Assembly (NCBI GenBank): GCA_965262725.1
Contig: OZ253555.1
Location: 416,001 to 480,000 of the forward strand
Direction of reading: 5' to 3'
DNA: 64,000 bases
From: Dehalococcoidia bacterium
Lineage (GTDB): Bacteria; Chloroflexota; Dehalococcoidia; UBA2979
Positions 58,791-64,000 of the stretch are shown piece by piece. The notes beneath the pieces were generated by a model. The model made no database searches, had not been told where the DNA came from, and saw nothing but the letters and a program-made list of their open reading frames with translations. Each line of letters opens with the position of its first letter. The stretch's first letter is position 1. Both the position numbers and the translations under genes were made by a program.

Positions 58791-59564
58791 GTGAGAGATG
58801 TCCCTGCCAGCGCGACGCCGACGAGCACCTCGCCCCAGCGCGAGCGCATCGCCGAATACGAGAGCTGGCTCGACGGCCGCGGGCCCACCTCGGCGGTGAT
58901 GCGCTGGTGGATGGGCGTGCCGGGCACGCTCCTCGCCAACACCGCTCTCTTCCGGCTGCCGGAGGAACTCCGGCTCAACGAGGACTGGCGCGTGGTCGAG
59001 ATCGGCTGCGGCCGCGGCTCGCTGCTGCGGATGCTCGACGACCGCATCGGCTTTCTCTCGCCCCCGGTCGGCGTCGATGCGTCGGCGGCCGCCCTGCGTC
59101 TCGCGAGCACGAACGAGCGCCGGGCGCCCGGTGCCCGGCCCGGGCTGTACCTCGTTCAGGGTGCGGCGACCGACATCCCGCTCGCCTCGTCCAGCGCGGA
59201 ACTCGTGGTCGCCGGACACCTCGTCAAGCACCTCGCCGACGGGGAGCTCGAGGCGTTTCTCCGTGAGATCTGGCGCGTGCTCGTCCCCGGCGGGCTGGCG
59301 CTCGTGTGGGACTTCGCGCCGACCGGAAACGTCCACCTCGATCGGTGGAATGCGTGGCTGCTGTCGCGCGGCGTGAAGGGCCCACGGCTGCGCTCCACCC
59401 GCAGCCTGCTCAACGCCGCGGGACGCGCCGGCTTCGCGTTCCGCACCGACGCCCGGCTGCGGCCCTTCCTGCTCCCGCCGATCCCGCGCGCCTCGATTCT
59501 CCTCGGCCGTCCACCCGCGACACAGGCCGATGCCGCTCCTCCCCCGGATCCGGGCGCGGGCTAG
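58791..59564 (+). CDS. Class I SAM-dependent methyltransferase
   Basis: VVEIGCGRG, GVDAS, IPLAS and EIWRVLVPGG. Start codon uncertain. Confidence 0.85.
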   Translation: MRDVPASATPTSTSPQRERIAEYESWLDGRGPTSAVMRWWMGVPGTLLANTALFRLPEELRLNEDWRVVEIGCGRGSLLRMLDDRIGFLSPPVGVDASAAALRLASTNERRAPGARPGLYLVQGAATDIPLASSSAELVVAGHLVKHLADGELEAFLREIWRVLVPGGLALVWDFAPTGNVHLDRWNAWLLSRGVKGPRLRSTRSLLNAAGRAGFAFRTDARLRPFLLPPIPRASILLGRPPATQADAAPPPDPGAG

Positions 59565-60172
59565 CGGTAGAGCCGTAGCTCACCGACCAGGCGCAGCACC
59601 TCCCGCGGCAGGAGCGGTGATGTCGGACGCCCGCACCGGACGCGCTCGCGGAGATCGCTCGCCGAGATCTGAAGAGCCGGCAGCGGCACACGGTCGACCC
59701 TTGCCTCGATGCCGGGGACGGCGTCGCGCACCGCGGCCGGCACGTCCGCCTCCTCGCCGGCCCGCTCCACCAGCGCGATGCGAGCCCGGGCGATGATCTC
59801 GTCGGGGCGGTGCCACGCCGGCAGGTCGGCGAGCGCATCGGCGCCCATCACGACCCACCTGTCGTCGCCGGGGCTCATGCGCTCGAGCTCGGCCAGCGTC
59901 TCCGCGGTGTAGGAGGGGCCGGCGCGCTCCACCTCGAGGGAGCTCACCTCTGCCCACGAACCGAGCGGCTCAAGAGCGGCCCGCACGAGTTGCAGCCGGA
60001 GCGCCGCCAGCGTCACCGGGCGCCCCCGCTTGCGCCAGGGCTCTCCCGCCGGGACGAAGAGCACGACGTCGAGGCCCAGCGCCGAGCAGGTGGCGGCTCC
60101 CGCCGCGAGGTGCGCGAGATGCGGCGGGTCGAAGGTGCCGCCCATCACGCCCACCCGCCTCCGCGACGCCAT
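59561..60172 (-). CDS. nadD: Nicotinate-nucleotide adenylyltransferase
   Basis: GGTFDPPHLAH, GPSYT, MGAD, W...EI and ISAS; coupled to the obgE stop. Confidence 0.92.
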   Translation of the reverse strand: MASRRRVGVMGGTFDPPHLAHLAAGAATCSALGLDVVLFVPAGEPWRKRGRPVTLAALRLQLVRAALEPLGSWAEVSSLEVERAGPSYTAETLAELERMSPGDDRWVVMGADALADLPAWHRPDEIIARARIALVERAGEEADVPAAVRDAVPGIEARVDRVPLPALQISASDLRERVRCGRPTSPLLPREVLRLVGELRLYR

Positions 60173-61494
60173 CACCTCCCGTACCCCTCCCACGCAACCT
60201 CGACCGAGCCGATGCGTACCCGGTCGCCCCCCTCCACACCGATCCGCTCGAGCGCGCGAGAGATCCCCATCACCTGCAGGCGGCGGAAGAGCTCACCCCG
60301 CGCCTCCACGTCGCCGATGTCGAGCGTCGCCGCGAGCCACTCCGCCGTGTGCCCCTTCACCTCGGCGACGCCGTCTGCACCACGTGACACCTCGAAGCGC
60401 CGGCGCTTGGGCGACGGCCGCAGCACCGGCAGGCTCTCGGCCGCCACCGCCGCCGCCGCCTCGCGGGCCTCGCCCAGCAGCTGGGCGGCGCGCAGAGCCA
60501 GCTGGCGCGTCCCCTCGCGCGCGAGAGCGGAGATGGCGAGCCACGGGATGCCGCGCGCGTCGAGCGCCGCCCCGAGCGCGGCGCGATTCTCGAGCGCGGC
60601 CGGCTGGTCGATCTTATTGAGGGCGACGAGCTGCGGTCGCTCCGAGAGCGGCGTCCCGAGCGGGCGCTCCGGACGAAAGGCGGCCAGCTCGCCGTTCACG
60701 AGGTCGAGGTCGTCAAGCGAGCGGGCGCTCGTTGCGTCAACCACGTGCACCAGCACCCTGGTGCGCTCGATGTGGCGGAGGAACTCGTGCCCGAGCCCGT
60801 GTCCCCTGCTCGCGCCCTCTATGAGCCCGGGGATATCCGCCGCCACGAAGGAGTCGCCTGCCGCCTCGACGACGCCGAGTTCTGGCTCAAGCGTCGTGAA
60901 CGGGTAGGCCGCGACCTTCGGCGTTGCCGCGCTCCACACGCTCAGTAACGTCGACTTGCCCGCGTTCGGCAGCCCGACGATGCCGACATCAGCCAGAAGC
61001 CGCAGCTCAAGGCGGAGACGCCTCTGCTCTCCGGCAGACCCTCGCTGGGCGAAGCGGGGCGCCTGCCGCGTCGACGTCGCGAAGCGACGGTTCCCCCACC
61101 CCCCGCGGCCGCCCTGCGCGACCACGGCCCTCGCCCCCGGCTCGGCGAGGTCGACGAGCGGCTCCGCGCCGGGCTCCCCGGCGTCGTCGAGCTCCCAGAC
61201 GATGCATCCGGCCGGCACGCGCAGCTCCAGGTCGGGGGCCGAGCGTCCGCGACGGCGAGCCTTGCTCCCCGCCCGTCCCTCCGCTGCGCGTCGTGGACGT
61301 CTGTCGTGCAGCCCGCGAAGGGTCGAGAGCCGCTCGTCGGCATGAAGCAGCACGTCCCCACCCCGGCCGCCGTCACCCCCATCGGGACCACCTCGCGGCA
61401 CGAACTTCTCGCGCCGGAAGGAAACGGCGCCGTCGCCTCCTCGCCCCGCAACGACATCGAACTCCACACAATCGATCACGGTCGTCTCATCCAC
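60172..61494 (-). CDS. obgE: GTPase ObgE/CgtA
   Basis: FRREKFVPRGGPDGGDGG, GLPNAGKS, YPFTT, DIPGLIEGA and NKID. Confidence 0.96.
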   Translation of the reverse strand: MDETTVIDCVEFDVVAGRGGDGAVSFRREKFVPRGGPDGGDGGRGGDVLLHADERLSTLRGLHDRRPRRAAEGRAGSKARRRGRSAPDLELRVPAGCIVWELDDAGEPGAEPLVDLAEPGARAVVAQGGRGGWGNRRFATSTRQAPRFAQRGSAGEQRRLRLELRLLADVGIVGLPNAGKSTLLSVWSAATPKVAAYPFTTLEPELGVVEAAGDSFVAADIPGLIEGASRGHGLGHEFLRHIERTRVLVHVVDATSARSLDDLDLVNGELAAFRPERPLGTPLSERPQLVALNKIDQPAALENRAALGAALDARGIPWLAISALAREGTRQLALRAAQLLGEAREAAAAVAAESLPVLRPSPKRRRFEVSRGADGVAEVKGHTAEWLAATLDIGDVEARGELFRRLQVMGISRALERIGVEGGDRVRIGSVEVAWEGYGR

Positions 61495-61499
61495 AGCAC

Positions 61500-61780
61500 C
61501 TCAGGAGTCAGCTTTCATGGTAGAGGGATCGTAGTCGTCGTAGTGGCGTGGATACGTGGATAACGCGGGTGGGCGCGGCTACGGATGCAGGTTGCGGCAT
61601 ACGCCGCGCCGTCTGTGGGAAGGGGGTTCATGGGCTCGGGAGCGTCGGCCGGTTTTTGGTGTCTCCGGTGAGGCCGCACGCGGTTTCTGCGGGTGTCCGG
61701 TGACATGCGCGAGGTTTGTCCACACTATGAACCGGCTTATCCACAGATGCGGGCACAGCGGCAGCGGGGTGCGAACGGGG
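61500..61780. other. Chromosomal replication origin (oriC), unwinding half
   Basis: DnaA boxes TTATCCACA (61737), TTGTCCACA (61716) and tandem CGTGGATAC/CGTGGATAA (61547-61563), next to trio-like TAG-TCG-TCG-TAG-TGG (61532-61546). Confidence 0.85.
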
Positions 61781-61781
61781 G

Positions 61782-63158
61782 TCAGGCCGAGCGGCGGGAC
61801 TGCTCGATCAGCTCGCGGATCGAGCTCACGTCGCGCTTCGTCTCGGGGTCGATGTGGAGTGCGCGATCCATCTTCTGCCAGCCGTGGTGGATCGTGGAGT
61901 GGTCGCGGCCGCCGAGGGTGTTCCCGATCTCGACGAGCGAGCGGTGCGCGAGCTCGCGGATCAGGTACATGGCGATCTGCCGCGGGTAGGCGATCCGCTT
62001 CTCGCGGCTGCGGGAGAGGAGCTGGCGCTCGTTGAGCTCGAAGTAGCGGCAGACCGCCCGGATGATCACCGACGGCGAGGGGGGCAGGCGTGTGGCCGAG
62101 GACTCCAGGGCGGCGAGAGCCGACTGCATGAGCGATGGGGAGAGCGGCTCGCCCGTGAGCCGCGAGTAGGCGATCACCCGCGTCAGCGATCCCTCGAGCT
62201 CCCGGATGTTGGTCGTGAAGCGAGCGGCGATGAGCTCGAGCACGTCGTCGGGCACGGACATATCGTGATCCGCGGTCTTGGAGCGCAGGATCGCGATCCG
62301 TGTCTCCACGTCGGGCGGCTGCAGGTCGGCGGTCATCCCCCACTGGAAACGCGTGCGCAGCCGCTCCTCGAGCTGCGGGATCGAGGACGGGCCCTGGTCG
62401 CAGCTGATCACGATCTGGCGCCCCGCCTCGTAGAGCTCGTTGAAGGTGTGGAAGAACTCCTCCTGCGTCTGCTCCTTGCCCGCGATGAACTGGATATCGT
62501 CGACGAGGAGGGCGGTCGCGGAGCGGTAGCGGTGCCGGAAGGAGCCCTGCGTCCGCTCTTGGATCGAGGTGATGAGCTGGTTGGTGAACTGTTCGGCGGA
62601 GATGTACGTCGCCCGGTACCCCCGCTCGGCGAGCTGGTGTCCGATGGCGTGTAGCAGGTGTGTCTTGCCGAGTCCCGCGGCCCCGTAGAGGAAGAGCGGG
62701 TTGTAGAGGTGCCCGGGGTCCCTCGCGACGCTCTCCGCGGCGGCGACGGCGAGGCGGGTTCCGGGCCCCGAGATGAACCTCTCGAAGGAGTAGCGCTTGC
62801 GCAGGCGCGGCGACGGCGGCAGCGGCTCCGCGCTCGCCTCGACCGACGGAGTTCCCCCCGCTCCGAAGTCGGGCGCCCTCAGCGCCTCCGCCGGCGGCTG
62901 CTCCGCGCTCGGAAGCGGCTCGAAGCCGATGTCCAGCGGCTCCTCGGCGAGATCGGCGATCGTCCGGAGGATGAGGGGGCGCAGGCGCTTCTTCAGCCAC
63001 TCCGTGACGAACTCGGAACGGGTACCGACGATCAGCCGCGAGTCCTCGAAACGCAGGCCCTCAGTGCCCGCGAGCCAGGTCTCGTAGTTCGCCCGCGAGA
63101 GGTGCTGCGAGAGAACCGTGAGCGTCTCGCGCCAGAGGGCGCCGGCGTCGGTGTACAC
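61782..63158 (-). CDS. dnaA: Chromosomal replication initiator DnaA
   Basis: YNPLFLYGAAGLGKTHL, DDIQF, QEEFFHTFN, NIRELEG and GGRDHSTI. RBS GGGGAG precedes GTG 63158. Confidence 0.97.
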   Translation of the reverse strand: MYTDAGALWRETLTVLSQHLSRANYETWLAGTEGLRFEDSRLIVGTRSEFVTEWLKKRLRPLILRTIADLAEEPLDIGFEPLPSAEQPPAEALRAPDFGAGGTPSVEASAEPLPPSPRLRKRYSFERFISGPGTRLAVAAAESVARDPGHLYNPLFLYGAAGLGKTHLLHAIGHQLAERGYRATYISAEQFTNQLITSIQERTQGSFRHRYRSATALLVDDIQFIAGKEQTQEEFFHTFNELYEAGRQIVISCDQGPSSIPQLEERLRTRFQWGMTADLQPPDVETRIAILRSKTADHDMSVPDDVLELIAARFTTNIRELEGSLTRVIAYSRLTGEPLSPSLMQSALAALESSATRLPPSPSVIIRAVCRYFELNERQLLSRSREKRIAYPRQIAMYLIRELAHRSLVEIGNTLGGRDHSTIHHGWQKMDRALHIDPETKRDVSSIRELIEQSRRSA

Positions 63159-63221
63159 GCGCTCTCCCCGTCGTTGGCGGTCGAGAGCACATGACACCCC
63201 AAACCTCGCTCATGCGAGGCG

Positions 63222-63252
63222 AAATCCACAACCTGTGAACAGGTGTGGGTAA
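63222..63252. promoter_or_regulatory. DnaA-box cluster upstream of dnaA (autoregulation or second oriC half)
   Basis: AAATCCACA 63222, TGTGAACAG 63234 and TGTGGGTAA 63244. Confidence 0.7.
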
Positions 63253-63536
63253 CATGTGAGATGCTTGCTGCCGAGGATCGCGGCCCCGCCGAGTCCCGGA
63301 TCCTCCGCTCCCGAATGCTGGGCTGCAGGCCCCCGCCCGCCCAGCGTCGCCCGCCGACTGTAGCACCGTCGTTTTTGGGGGATCAAGACTGTTATGTAGA
63401 TCACGGCAACTTTTTTCTGCGGGTTTCCGAAGAAGCGCCGCCCGGACAGCCCGCCCGTATACTGGAGAGCGCGCCCGGCATCCCGCCCGGGTCGAGACCG
63501 GAGTGCACCCGCAGCGGGCGCTCACGGAGAGTCGGC

Positions 63537-64000
63537 GTGGCTCCAGACGCAGCACCCGACGGAACGCCTGCTTCAGGCGCGCGCCTGCTCGCGATAGACA
63601 TCGGCAACACCAGCATCGCGATCGGCGTCTACGCGGGAGACCGCCTCGAGGCGACCTTCCGCGTGGCCTCCGACCGGGAGAACCTCCCCGACGAGTACGG
63701 GATGCTCCTCTCCGGGCTGCTCCGGAGCCGCGGGATCGAGCCGGAGAGCGTGGATTCCGCCATCCTCTCCTCGACGGTCCCGCCGCTCACCAGCGTCTTC
63801 CGCGAGGTGTCGCGCCGCTGCTTCAGCGTCGAGGCGCTGGTGGTGGGTCCCGGCGTGCGCACGGGCGTGAAGGTCCGCTACGACAACCCGCGCGAGGTGG
63901 GGCCCGACCGCATCCTGCACGCCGTCGCGGCGCTTGCTCACTACGAGCCGCCGATCGTGGTCGTCGATCTCGGCACCGCGCTCGTCTTCGATGCGATCTC
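63537..64000 (+). CDS. coaX: Type III pantothenate kinase (runs off the window)
   Basis: LLAIDIGNT, SSTVPP, YDNPREVGPDR and VVDLGTA. Confidence 0.92.
   Translation, partial: MAPDAAPDGTPASGARLLAIDIGNTSIAIGVYAGDRLEATFRVASDRENLPDEYGMLLSGLLRSRGIEPESVDSAILSSTVPPLTSVFREVSRRCFSVEALVVGPGVRTGVKVRYDNPREVGPDRILHAVAALAHYEPPIVVVDLGTALVFDAI

Overview
High-GC window from a probable Chloroflexota/Dehalococcoidia genome. The taxonomy is inferred from the dnaA-obgE-nadD order with nearby gyrB and from PxTG-anchored surface proteins. About 1-43.7 kb is accessory DNA. It ends at a displaced 3' half of tRNA-Gly(CCC) at 43703-43746, a probable attR, and the matching left boundary is not visible in the window. 1-11.5 kb holds secreted surface-protein genes that share an 'APDF(V/A)N' C-terminal domain, a SARP/BTAD regulator and many short gene and IS remnants. 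11.5-25.4 kb holds a divergent SARP regulator and a complete Tad/Flp pilus operon that includes a 1316-aa LysM-TM-SARP/BTAD protein. 27-30.6 kb is a decayed, inverted copy of a coupling-protein/relaxase pair. 30.8-43 kb is an apparently intact conjugation operon: VirB6/TrbL-, VirB8-, VirB2-, PrgI- and VirB4-like genes, a DnaG-like primase, a VirD4-like ATPase, a two-domain replication-relaxation (MOB_C-like) relaxase and a wHTH/PD-(D/E)xK/HTH protein. The Tad and T4SS promoters both carry GAAC-core repeats at 11-bp spacing. The best candidate for an undescribed system is therefore a Tad-pilus-equipped ICE whose transfer genes may be switched on by SARP regulators, including a membrane LysM sensor. 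43.7-64 kb is core chromosome: gatD/murT, an MBL hydrolase, tatA, a VWA/MoxR/XdhC cluster, ychF, an IS5 that interrupts an endonuclease III gene, trmO, gyrB, nadD, obgE, oriC, dnaA and coaX. All product calls come from recognising motifs by eye; no database searches were run.
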